Origin: Pseudomonadota bacterium
Lineage (GTDB): Bacteria; Bdellovibrionota_B; Oligoflexia; Oligoflexales; RGVZ01
Direction: 5' to 3'
Assembly (NCBI GenBank): GCA_041178085.1
Contig: JBEGVZ010000114.1
Coordinates: 265 to 64,264, forward strand
Length of the DNA: 64,000 nt
The position numbers and the translations under genes were made by a program. Below the pieces are notes generated by a model. The model did not search any database. It saw only the letters and a program-made list of their open reading frames with translations, and was not told the origin of the DNA. This document shows, piece by piece, positions 37,952 through 49,692 of the stretch (positions are counted from its first letter, which is position 1; every line of letters begins with the position of its first letter).

Positions 37952-39304
37952 TTATCTAAGTTGCATCAAACGCACCGGTAATTCTTTGAGCGTTGCATAG
38001 CCAAAGGTAACCGGTGCCGCGACCACAAAGCCTGTCACAATCAATGCCATCAAATGGCGGGGCTTGAATCCACCACGACCAGCAAGTCGTGACCACAAAA
38101 AGATCGAGAGCAAGACACTCCACGTGAGTGGCGGCAGGTAGTGATAAAGAAAGAGGCCGCGCGAGACCAGGCTGTAGGGCAGGTAAGAAGCGACCCATGC
38201 CAGAAAAAGGACCAGGACAATCCCGATGGAAAGCGAATCGTGCCTTGAACGGTCTGTCGCTGCGCTCCATGCAAAGCGCACCAGTAGCAACAACCCGGAA
38301 CCTTGCAGGCCCCACCAGACGAAGGGATTGCCCGCGAAGTAGATGACAGAATCACCACTGACCCAATAATAAATTGGCTTTTTCATGGTCGGCCATCCCC
38401 ACCAGGGACTTGCCCAGGGGTGCGAGGCCGTGATGCCGTTGTTGGCGGCCAGCATTACCTTGTGCAGTTGGAAAAGATCCTGAAAAAAATTACCTGTGAC
38501 TTTGTAGAAGGCATCGCCCGGCCCGGGTTGGTTGAGGAGAAAAAAGTGCGCCTTCCAGCCGATCAGGTAGACCACGGTAAATCCAGCCAGAGCCATGATG
38601 AAACCCGCAACGGGCTCCAAGAACCCGGAAGGCTTCATCCCCGCGTCAAAAAGATGCCAGGCCAGACGCGCCATGATCACCGGGATGATGGCCAGTCCTG
38701 TGAACTTTGCGCTGACGGAGAGGGCGACCGCGGCACCGATGCCCAGGCACAGTCCGAGTCGCTGGGCGGTGCTCCGTTCTTCGAGGAGAATTTCGCACAG
38801 CCACAGGGCCAACATGGAGCCAAGGATCAGTTGCCCGTCCAGGGCCATGATCCGCGTTTGAATGAGCAAGGCGTTATCAAGGGCCAGGGCGAGGCCACCC
38901 GCGAATGCCCATGCCACAGGAACGCGCCAGCGCCGCAGGAGAAGAAAACCCACCAGGGGAATCATTGTCCCCGTGAGGGCGGGCCACAGGCGAAGGGCTG
39001 CGACAGGGCCACCGGAAAGGCTCTCACCAATGGTGGTGAATCCAAGATTTCCCGTGTATCCACCGAGGGTTGCAAACAAGGACATGATGAGCTTGGGGTG
39101 CGGGGGATGGATGTCAAAAATCATCTGACGGGTGCAACAATAGGCGTTCACGAATTTACCAAAGTGGTACTCGTCGAAGACCACCTGCCCCGGGTGGGAT
39201 AGGCCGGCAAAATGGACCAGGATGGCAATCAGCGTCAGGATTAAAAAGGCAGCATGATGGCTTGCTGCAGTGGCTCCAGGCACACTTGGCAGACTGATTT
39301 TCAA
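37952..39304 (-). CDS. GT39 PMT-family (dolichyl/polyprenyl-phosphate-mannose protein mannosyltransferase-like) membrane glycosyltransferase
   Basis: Polytopic membrane protein. Loop-1 motif VVFDEYHFGKF...FDIHPPHPKL matches the PMT DE motif region. Confidence 0.8.
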   Translation of the reverse strand: MKISLPSVPGATAASHHAAFLILTLIAILVHFAGLSHPGQVVFDEYHFGKFVNAYCCTRQMIFDIHPPHPKLIMSLFATLGGYTGNLGFTTIGESLSGGPVAALRLWPALTGTMIPLVGFLLLRRWRVPVAWAFAGGLALALDNALLIQTRIMALDGQLILGSMLALWLCEILLEERSTAQRLGLCLGIGAAVALSVSAKFTGLAIIPVIMARLAWHLFDAGMKPSGFLEPVAGFIMALAGFTVVYLIGWKAHFFLLNQPGPGDAFYKVTGNFFQDLFQLHKVMLAANNGITASHPWASPWWGWPTMKKPIYYWVSGDSVIYFAGNPFVWWGLQGSGLLLLVRFAWSAATDRSRHDSLSIGIVLVLFLAWVASYLPYSLVSRGLFLYHYLPPLTWSVLLSIFLWSRLAGRGGFKPRHLMALIVTGFVVAAPVTFGYATLKELPVRLMQLR

Positions 39305-39372
39305 GCAGGAACTCCTTGCCGCAACCGCGCGAAATTAAGACAATCACTGCCCTGAATCACGTGAGGCATCAG

Positions 39373-42039
<2,667 letters not shown>

Positions 42040-42084
42040 CTTTTTCCCCTCACGGGTGATCAGGGGATAGTATGGCCCAGATCG

Positions 42085-42492
42085 TTACTGGAACTTCAGC
42101 GGTAGCTGGTATTCGGCCACCGCACCCTTGATTCCCTGCCTGGTCGCAGAGACCTTCAGGACACCCACGTCCTGGGGAATTGGACTTTTGAATTGGCAGT
42201 CAAAGAAATCCTTGGCTGGCTTGCAGATGGCTTGAGCATTGTCTGAGCCAGAGTACTCGAGCTTCACCGAGGACTTCTTCACCAAAGGACTATTGAAGTT
42301 CAAGTCCAGCAGGAAAATCTTGAATGCTTTTTTATCACCGGCTGGCACCAGCTCCGTATGAAATGCGCCGGGCATGCGGACATGTCCGCCATTCGGTCCC
42401 GGCTTGCTTTCTCCGTGACCAAGGGCCTTGAACTCCATAATCAGAAAAATGAAGGGAAAAAATTTTTTAATTGCTGATTTTTGCCAGTACAT
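42085..42492 (-). CDS. Small periplasmic protein, paralog of the 43749-44201 product
   Basis: Start at MYWQKSAIKKFFPFIFLIMEFKALG|HGE (signal peptide). Shares an xPxGG...E(L/V)V..G...KI(F/Y) core with the other small ORF. Overlaps the OMF 3' end by 26 nt. Confidence 0.55.
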   Translation of the reverse strand: MYWQKSAIKKFFPFIFLIMEFKALGHGESKPGPNGGHVRMPGAFHTELVPAGDKKAFKIFLLDLNFNSPLVKKSSVKLEYSGSDNAQAICKPAKDFFDCQFKSPIPQDVGVLKVSATRQGIKGAVAEYQLPLKFQ

Positions 42493-43738
42493 GGGATTTC
42501 GCCACCTCGAAATTTTTTGTGATTTCCAGCCGATCGTGATGCATTTCAAAAAGCTTCTGGGAAGCCCCAAGAACGTCCGGAGAATTCTTCACGCCGCGGG
42601 CATATTCTGACTGGGTGCTCCGATAGTAACGTTCTGCACGGGCAATGTTTTGCTCTGCCTCGTGGACCTGTCCATGGAGGAAACGCAGCTGCGCGATTTC
42701 ATTTTCAAGATGCGCCAGTGTCTCTTGCTTTCCGGCTTCAGCCAACAAACGCCCTGCAGAACTGCGCGCGAGGAAGGCGCGAGACTCACGCACACCCTCC
42801 ATCCCGGCGGGCAAGTTCAGGGAGACGCTCACTCCAACTGTCGTTTCTGCGCCATTTTCGTTTTGGCGCGCATCGCCCAGATCCTTAGCGTCAGGCCAGG
42901 CAGGTTTCTCGTACTCAATATATGCATCGAAACGCGGCCACCACTCACGGCTACTCGCCGTGGCCATGAGGGCGTCCTCCTCGCTCTTGTAGGCATGGTC
43001 GGCAAAAAGATATTCAACCTGCTGGACATCAAATTTCACCTTATTCTCAAAATCATGATCGTGAGAAAGTTTGCTATCCACATCAACGGCTACGCCTTCA
43101 TCAAGGCCAAGATAAGTGCGTAACAGCCTCTTCTCTGCCCCGGATTGAACCGAGGTCAATGCAAGTTCCCGCTCAAGACTTGATTTGTGAATCTCAAATT
43201 CGAACCGGTCCGAGTCCGCTGCAACCCCGCTTTTTATTCTCCTCTGTGCCGCAAGGAGGTTTTGCTGGTTGAGGTCGATCATTTTCCTAAGGAGTGCTTC
43301 TCTCTCCTTCAGGTAAGCAATCTGCCACCAGGAAGAGGCCGCTTTTTCGACTTCAGTTACGATAACCCGGCGAACCGTCGCGGTGAGGCGCCTCAGAGCG
43401 ACTTCCCGCATCGAGTCGTCGATCCCGTCCCTGCCGCCCCTGAATAGGTTCACGCGGACATCCGCACCGATGAAAGGAGGCTCCGCCAATGAGAATCCGC
43501 CATCGTGCTTGGCCTTTCTACCTCCATGGAATCCCATTTCGGGCAGAAATGAACGCATCAGTGAGCCACGTCGTTCGGCTGCAGCGGCAACCTCGGCCTT
43601 GGCCGCGGCGACCGCCTTGTTGTTTGCATTGATGATAGCGCTGAGTTCGGAAACATCCCCGGATACAGTCTTTCCGGAAGCGCTGCCTCCGACCAACAAG
43701 CCCCAAAAGATAACTGCGACTGTTTGGATCCGACGCAT
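42467..43738 (-). CDS. TolC-like outer membrane efflux protein (OEP family)
   Basis: Signal peptide MRRIQTVAVIFWGLLVGGSASG. Two-repeat coiled-coil/beta pattern typical of CzcC/TolC-type OMFs. The ORF-track start at 43765 is TTG. Confidence 0.8.
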   Translation of the reverse strand: MRRIQTVAVIFWGLLVGGSASGKTVSGDVSELSAIINANNKAVAAAKAEVAAAAERRGSLMRSFLPEMGFHGGRKAKHDGGFSLAEPPFIGADVRVNLFRGGRDGIDDSMREVALRRLTATVRRVIVTEVEKAASSWWQIAYLKEREALLRKMIDLNQQNLLAAQRRIKSGVAADSDRFEFEIHKSSLERELALTSVQSGAEKRLLRTYLGLDEGVAVDVDSKLSHDHDFENKVKFDVQQVEYLFADHAYKSEEDALMATASSREWWPRFDAYIEYEKPAWPDAKDLGDARQNENGAETTVGVSVSLNLPAGMEGVRESRAFLARSSAGRLLAEAGKQETLAHLENEIAQLRFLHGQVHEAEQNIARAERYYRSTQSEYARGVKNSPDVLGASQKLFEMHHDRLEITKNFEVAKSHVLAKISN

Positions 43739-43748
43739 CTGGATCAGT

Positions 43749-44201
43749 TCACTTCCGTGGTTCAATGGTGAACGTCAAAATCTCAGTCCGGTTCGATTTC
43801 AATTCTGTTACGGAGAGTCTGAGGGTGTACCTGTGTGCGCCCTTTGCATCGTAGGAACCTTCAAACATATTTTCTGCCATGGAGAGTGAAACGACTTCTG
43901 ACTTCTTGCTTCTTGGCATGACTGCGGTCGCGTCGATCTTCAGGGTAGTTGCCGGGATTGGCTTCAGGTCATTGCCATAGACATAGATTTTTATGCTGGA
44001 GCCCTTTGACACAACTTCGACCTTCGAATCATCGAGGGATTTGATAATCCCTCCCTTCGGTGCCTTCACAGTCGTTGGGGCATCATGGTCGACTCCATTA
44101 TGAGCGCGGGTGGGTGAGGCGAACACCGACAGGGTGAGGATTAGCAAAGCCAACCCCGATTGCACCCTGACAGACATGTATTTCAGCAACACTTTGGTCA
44201 T
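43749..44201 (-). CDS. Small periplasmic protein (Ig-like/YtkA-like guess), unknown family
   Basis: ATGA overlap with the RND stop. Signal peptide ...LILTLSVFASPTRA|HNGVDHD. All-beta-looking sequence. Confidence 0.6.
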   Translation of the reverse strand: MTKVLLKYMSVRVQSGLALLILTLSVFASPTRAHNGVDHDAPTTVKAPKGGIIKSLDDSKVEVVSKGSSIKIYVYGNDLKPIPATTLKIDATAVMPRSKKSEVVSLSMAENMFEGSYDAKGAHRYTLRLSVTELKSNRTEILTFTIEPRK

Positions 44202-47200
44202 GGAAGTTCCTCGTCTCTTCTACTGGTGATCGAAGCCTCGGCGGCACGCTTTCCAAAACGATAAAACATGGCCGGAGTGACCACAACGTCAAGCAGTGTG
44301 GAGCTTAACAGTCCGCCCACAATCACCACGGCGACGGGGTGCAAGACCTCGCTCCCCGGTTCTCCCTTGGCGAAAACCAGCGGCAAGAGCGCCAGGGCGG
44401 TCACAGAAGCCGTCATCATGACCGGGACCAGCCTTTCCTGAGATCCTTTAATGATCATCTCGCGGGAAAAACCATGGCCCTCAAACCGCATCATGTGCAA
44501 GTAGTGGGATATCATCATGATGCCATTTCTGGACGCAACACCACAAAGGGTGATGAATCCCACGAGGCTTGCCACCGTTATGGACTCACCCGCAATAAAA
44601 AGCAGCGTGATCCCACCGATAAAAGCGAGAGGTATCGTCGCCATAACCTGGGCCGTGATAGCCTTGGACCTGAAATGGCCCATCAGCAGTAAAGCAATCC
44701 CCGCAAGTGAGACGAGGCTAAACACAAGGATATTTCTTGTGGCTGCCTGCTGGCTCTCGAATTGCCCCCCGTACTGAATGTAGAAGCCTTCTGGCAATTT
44801 GACCGCCGAATGGACTCTTGACCGGATTTCGTTGACAAGACCACCCAAGTCACGTCCCGACACGTTGGCGCTAATGACAATGCGACGCTGGCCGTTCTCG
44901 CGGTTTACTTCATTAGGTCCCATGGTTTCGTAGACATCTGCGACGAGGCCCAATGTGACCCGCTGGCCTGTCGGCATGACCTTGAGGACAGTCTTTTCCA
45001 TGTTCGCGATGCTGTCCCGCGACGTCTTGTCAAATTGGAAGAAGACGTCATACTGACGGTTTCCTTCCGTTATCTGCGCAACTTCTTCGCCGTTAAACGC
45101 AGCCTCAAGAAGCTTTGTCACTTCTCCAGCACTGAGGCCATATTTTGCTGCTTCATCGCGCAGAATGTGTACTTTGATCTGGGGCACCAGCGCTTGCTCT
45201 TCTACCCGCAAGTCGACCAAGCCCTTCACACCTGAAAGTGCGGCCTCAACTTCAATGGCCTTTTCCCGAAGCGTCGCAAGTTCAGGCCCAAATATCTTGA
45301 TGGCAATCGCAGCGTTTACCCCGGAGAGCATATGATCGATCAAGTGTGAAAGGGGTTGGCCGATGTTGACCCCGATGCCGGGATAGGCTTCCTTAAGACG
45401 CGCCCTGAGTTCATTCAAGACATCTTCCCGCGGGCGCCCACCAGGATGAAAATCAACATCGATCTCGCTGACGTGGACTCCGGCTGCATGTTCATCGAGC
45501 TCTGCCCGTCCCGTGCGCCTCGAAACCGATTTGATTTCGGGCGTAGCGAGCATCAGTTCTTCTGCTTTTAACCCAATCTTGTTGGACTCCGCCAAGCTGA
45601 TCCCAGGCGCCGACACGAGCGCAACCATGGCGGTTCCTTCGTTGAACTTCGGCAGGAAGTCGCGACCCATGAAGGGGACCAGGCTTGCCGCGACCACGAA
45701 AAGGAAGATCGAAGTACCAATGACAAGTTTGCTTCTTGGCAAGGCCCATTCGAGGACCTTCCGGTCGACGTTCTTCATCCATCTGACAAAGCCTGTTTCT
45801 CCGCGGCTCGTGGAATGAGACGGAAGGAAATATGCGCAAAGCGCTGGTGTCAGGGTGAGGGAAACGACAAGGGATGCGGCAAGGGCTGTCAGGTAGGCGA
45901 TCCCGAGGGGGGCGAATAACCTGCCTTCAAGGCCATCAAGGCTGAACAAGGGAATGAAAACGAGGGCGATGATTGCTGTTGCCAGTACGATGGAATTCCT
46001 GACCTCACTAGACGCATCAAAAATAACTGCGAGCCGCGGCCTTGGCGATGCCAGCGTACTGTTTTCACGGAGCCTCCGAAAAACATTCTCGACATCAACG
46101 ATAGAATCATCAACCAGCTCACCGATGGCAATCGCAAGGCCGCCCAGGGTCATGGTGTTGACCGTAAGCCCGAAGACATGGAAGACAATCGCGGTGACCA
46201 AAAAAGACACGGGTATTGCGGTCAAGGTAATAGCCGACATGCGCAGGTTCGCAAGAAAAACGAAGAGAACCAGGAAGACAAGCAGTGTGCCGGATTTAAG
46301 CTTCCGCGTGATGCCGTCGATTGACGCTGTGATGAAGTTTGCCTGTTTGAACACATCGGGATTGATGATGACACTGGCGGGGAGTGAGGGGCGCAGTTCA
46401 TCGATGGCCCGCGCGACTGCGCTGGTGATAGCGACCGTGTCGGCACCGGGCTGTTTTTGTATGGTCATGACCACCGATGGCTTGCCGTTGAAGCTGCCGT
46501 CTCCGCGCTTGAGCTGTGGCGCTTCCGCAACCTCCGCAATGTCCTGGACAAGGACGGGCCGCCCCAGGTGAAGGCCAACAAGGGTCTTTTTGATGTCGTT
46601 AATGTTTTCGACGACGCCGATATTGCGAACGAGATACTCCTGGGCATCTTTTTCAAGAAACCCACCGGTCGTGTTGCGACTGATCTGGGACAGTTCCTTG
46701 TCCACGCTCTCGATGGAGAGTTGATAGCGGTTCAGTTTTTCTGCGGAGACCATGATCTGGTATTGCTTGAGACCCCCACCGATGGAAATCACCTGGGCAA
46801 TGCCGGATATGGTCATCAGTCTGGGACGAAGGGTCCATTCCGCAATGTCTCGAAGGGCCATCGGTCCGATTGAGGGATCATCCGAGTAGACAGCGATTTG
46901 CTGGATCTGCCCCATAAGAGATCCCACTGGACCCATGACGGGGGCAGTTCCTGCAGGTAGTCTGTCCCGTGATAAATTTAGCTTCTCCTGGACAAGCTGG
47001 CGGTTGCGGTAGATGTCGGTACCCCACTGAAACTCAACGTAGATCACAGACAGACCAATTCCAGACTGAGACCGGATTCGATCAACGCCGGGCAAGCCGT
47101 TCAGGTGGGATTCCAAGGGGAATGTGACTCGGGTTTCGACCTCTTCCGGTGCCATGCCGTGAGCCTCTGTCATGACTGTGACAGTTGGCTTGGTGATGTC

Positions 47201-47320
47201 CGGAAAAACATCGACAGGGAGGCTTTTTGCGACGATCCCGCCGTAGACAGTTATCAGTGCCGCCAGGGCAACAACTGATAAACGGTGGTTGAGTGCAAAC
47301 CTTATGACGCGGTTCAGCAC
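44198..47320 (-). CDS. RND efflux permease, CusA/CzcA-like family
   Basis: About 1040 aa. N-terminus LPVDVFPDITKPTVTV...APEEVETRVTFPLE...GTDIYRNRQLVQEKL resembles CzcA/CusA. TM4 reads GGLAIAIGELVDDSIVDVEN. GTG 47320 lies 6 nt after GGAG. Confidence 0.9.
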   Translation of the reverse strand: MLNRVIRFALNHRLSVVALAALITVYGGIVAKSLPVDVFPDITKPTVTVMTEAHGMAPEEVETRVTFPLESHLNGLPGVDRIRSQSGIGLSVIYVEFQWGTDIYRNRQLVQEKLNLSRDRLPAGTAPVMGPVGSLMGQIQQIAVYSDDPSIGPMALRDIAEWTLRPRLMTISGIAQVISIGGGLKQYQIMVSAEKLNRYQLSIESVDKELSQISRNTTGGFLEKDAQEYLVRNIGVVENINDIKKTLVGLHLGRPVLVQDIAEVAEAPQLKRGDGSFNGKPSVVMTIQKQPGADTVAITSAVARAIDELRPSLPASVIINPDVFKQANFITASIDGITRKLKSGTLLVFLVLFVFLANLRMSAITLTAIPVSFLVTAIVFHVFGLTVNTMTLGGLAIAIGELVDDSIVDVENVFRRLRENSTLASPRPRLAVIFDASSEVRNSIVLATAIIALVFIPLFSLDGLEGRLFAPLGIAYLTALAASLVVSLTLTPALCAYFLPSHSTSRGETGFVRWMKNVDRKVLEWALPRSKLVIGTSIFLFVVAASLVPFMGRDFLPKFNEGTAMVALVSAPGISLAESNKIGLKAEELMLATPEIKSVSRRTGRAELDEHAAGVHVSEIDVDFHPGGRPREDVLNELRARLKEAYPGIGVNIGQPLSHLIDHMLSGVNAAIAIKIFGPELATLREKAIEVEAALSGVKGLVDLRVEEQALVPQIKVHILRDEAAKYGLSAGEVTKLLEAAFNGEEVAQITEGNRQYDVFFQFDKTSRDSIANMEKTVLKVMPTGQRVTLGLVADVYETMGPNEVNRENGQRRIVISANVSGRDLGGLVNEIRSRVHSAVKLPEGFYIQYGGQFESQQAATRNILVFSLVSLAGIALLLMGHFRSKAITAQVMATIPLAFIGGITLLFIAGESITVASLVGFITLCGVASRNGIMMISHYLHMMRFEGHGFSREMIIKGSQERLVPVMMTASVTALALLPLVFAKGEPGSEVLHPVAVVIVGGLLSSTLLDVVVTPAMFYRFGKRAAEASITSRRDEELP

Positions 47321-47515
47321 AGTCACTCCGAAGTCGGTAAATTTGCGGAAAGACTATCAATTCTTCGCGCTGAAGGCCAGCATTCGGCGTTTTAGCTGGC
47401 ACGGGTAAGATCGATTTATTTCCGGCTACCTTGGACAAACATTCAATCTTTGGCATTCCCAGAGATAGACACTTCCACAAGTTTCTTCAGCGCCGTTCGA
47501 CTGTAAGGAATCTCC

Positions 47516-47683
47516 CTACGAGGACGTTCCTCTTCCGCCGGCATCTGGCCGTTTTCGTCGCCTGCAAGCGTCCGAACAGTAGCGAACTTGCTCCCAGTCC
47601 CTCTCCCACTTCTTGCGCCAGGTAAACGGGCGATTGCAGGCTGCGCATACTTTCGTGGGCAGGTCCGATTTTTTCGTGCCCAT
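47516..47683 (-). CDS. DUF2256-like small zinc-ribbon protein (below the ORF-track length cutoff)
   Basis: Hand translation: [55 protein letters not shown]. The CxxC...WRKKW...YCSxxC pattern matches DUF2256. Confidence 0.6.
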   Translation of the reverse strand: MGTKKSDLPTKVCAACNRPFTWRKKWERDWEQVRYCSDACRRRKRPDAGGRGTSS

Positions 47684-47768
47684 GAAGAGCCTCGTCCTCT
47701 CACTGATGGAACAGGGTTTGAAGGGGTAGAGTCTGAGTCCTTTGTATCAACACAAAAGCCACCCCGGA

Positions 47769-49034
47769 TTAAAGATCGAAAAATGCGAGCGCGTGAATGA
47801 GACTCTCGCGCGGGATATTCAAGGCAGGAGTAAGTGACAGTGAAGTTCCGCCGGAACCAGAAGCAAGCGCGATCACTCCGCGGCACCGCAACACATCCAT
47901 CGCTACGGCCCCAGGTGCTGAGCCAGCGGATTCGTGGAACTTGATTGCAAGCATCAGACCACCGCCCCAGCGAATTTCCTCAATGCGCGGATCCTTTTCA
48001 TATTTGAGCTGAAGCTCTTGGTAAAGCCAGGCCCCGGTTTCGCTTGCCATCTTGCAGGCATCGATTCGTTTCATTTCACGTAGCGATGCCGTTGCCACAG
48101 CGCAAGAGAGGGGATGTCCAAAAAAGGTTCCCGTATGAATCGCCTCACCTGTGCTTTTGGGCCAGGCCGACATGACCTCCTCTGTTCCAGCGCAGGCCGA
48201 GAGCGGCATCCCACCGCCCAGGGCTTTGCCAAAGCAAACAAGATCTGCGTCAACCACGTCTGCCTCGGTCCACTTGCCGCGACGACCCAGACCCGTAAGG
48301 ATTTCATCCAAAATCAAGACGCCGCGCTGTTGATGAGCAAGGCCGGCAAGTTCGCGAAGCCAGCCTTTTGGTGGATTAATGACACCGCCACGGCCTTGCA
48401 CAGGTTCGGCGATGATGCCTGCAAAACCACAGGGCATCGCTTGGAGCGTCCGCATCGCGTCAACAATTAACCCACTGTCACAACCATAAGGCAATTCGAT
48501 CGCCACTCGCTCGCAAAGGTATTTGCTGAATGGCTTTTTGAAGTCACTGCGTGAGGTGACTGGCAGTACACCCAGGTCCACTCCGTGGTACCCGTCCTTG
48601 AAGCAAATAAATCCTGCGCAATCCGTCTTTAGCATGGCGGTCTTGAGGGCCACTTCGATTGCCTGGCCGCCCGAGATGGCAAGTGAAATCCGTGACAACC
48701 TCGACGGCAACACAGAACGCAGTTCTTCAATCAGCTCAATTTTTGACCGGGACGGATAAACGTCCCCCATGCCGTGGGCGATGGGGAAGAAATCTGCACC
48801 TGCATAACGCCCAAAGACTTCTCTGACAACGGCCGGGTTATGTCCAAGGGCAAGCGCGCCAAAACCAGCACAAAGGTCGACATATGCACGGCCTTCGACA
48901 TCGCGGATGATTGATCCAGTTCCTGATTCAAAGACAAGAGGATTGGCATCGGCGGAAACCGGATAGGTCGCGTCGTGGCACTCAAGGGCCATCAAGCGGG
49001 ACATCCATGCGGCATTGGTTTCCGTTTTCTTCAT
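47769..49034 (-). CDS. Class III (ornithine/GABA-type) PLP aminotransferase
   Basis: GYHG, ILDEILTGLGRRGKW and the FGKALGGGMPL (PLP Lys) motifs. Confidence 0.85.
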   Translation of the reverse strand: MKKTETNAAWMSRLMALECHDATYPVSADANPLVFESGTGSIIRDVEGRAYVDLCAGFGALALGHNPAVVREVFGRYAGADFFPIAHGMGDVYPSRSKIELIEELRSVLPSRLSRISLAISGGQAIEVALKTAMLKTDCAGFICFKDGYHGVDLGVLPVTSRSDFKKPFSKYLCERVAIELPYGCDSGLIVDAMRTLQAMPCGFAGIIAEPVQGRGGVINPPKGWLRELAGLAHQQRGVLILDEILTGLGRRGKWTEADVVDADLVCFGKALGGGMPLSACAGTEEVMSAWPKSTGEAIHTGTFFGHPLSCAVATASLREMKRIDACKMASETGAWLYQELQLKYEKDPRIEEIRWGGGLMLAIKFHESAGSAPGAVAMDVLRCRGVIALASGSGGTSLSLTPALNIPRESLIHALAFFDL

Positions 49035-49675
49035 ACGCCTTTGGCCCGCGGATGCCAGATGTACTTGTGCATTTGCAGTTGCATGCGACCCGGAGCCTTG
49101 GCCTCAATCATCCAATCGGCAAGGTCCTTTGGCGGCACCAGCCCAAAGGCGCAGGAAAAGAGAACCCCGCAGCGGGTGTCGAGGCGATTTTTACGGACGA
49201 CATCAAGGGCCCAGTCAAAATCGTCGCGGTTTGAAACAACAAACTTGATTTCGTCCGTCGCCTTGAGGAAATCCAGGTTGGCCCAGAGGTTTCTATCTGC
49301 CATGCCACTTCCGGGGCACTTTAAGTCCATGATGACATGAACTTCACGTGGGATATCGGCGATCGATTCCGAGCCACCCGTCTCGATCATCACCCGGTAG
49401 TCCTGATCGACCAGTTTTTGCATGAGCGGGATCACGCCTTTTTGGGCGAGGGGCTCGCCGCCAGTCAGCTCGACGTGTTTCAATTGAAATTCAGCAACTT
49501 TGGCAAGGACCTCATCTTCCGTGAAGTCCTTCCCCCCCTCAAACCCATAAGCTGTGTCGCACCAGCGGCACCGGAGCGGACAGCCCGTCAGGCGGACAAA
49601 GACGCATGGGAAGCCGCTAAAGGCAGCCTCGCCTTGAATGCTCGCGTAAATCTCTGTAATCCTTAGGGGACTCAT
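49031..49675 (-). CDS. queE: 7-carboxy-7-deazaguanine synthase (radical SAM)
   Basis: LRITEIYASIQGEA...FVRLTGCPLRCRWCDT (CxxxCxxC variant typical of QueE). Start moved to MSPLRI. Confidence 0.9.
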   Translation of the reverse strand: MSPLRITEIYASIQGEAAFSGFPCVFVRLTGCPLRCRWCDTAYGFEGGKDFTEDEVLAKVAEFQLKHVELTGGEPLAQKGVIPLMQKLVDQDYRVMIETGGSESIADIPREVHVIMDLKCPGSGMADRNLWANLDFLKATDEIKFVVSNRDDFDWALDVVRKNRLDTRCGVLFSCAFGLVPPKDLADWMIEAKAPGRMQLQMHKYIWHPRAKGV

Positions 49676-49692
49676 TTTTCTGGAGCGCCGCC

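Noticed and set aside
38303-39202. 299-aa plus-strand ORF
   Set aside because: It is antisense to the polytopic GT39 gene. Its Arg/Gly/Pro/His-rich composition is not protein-like.
47443-47886. 147-aa minus-strand ORF in the aminotransferase/RND gap
   Set aside because: It overlaps the aminotransferase 3' end and has no motifs. A different frame yields a clean DUF2256-type zinc-ribbon ORF (47516-47683).
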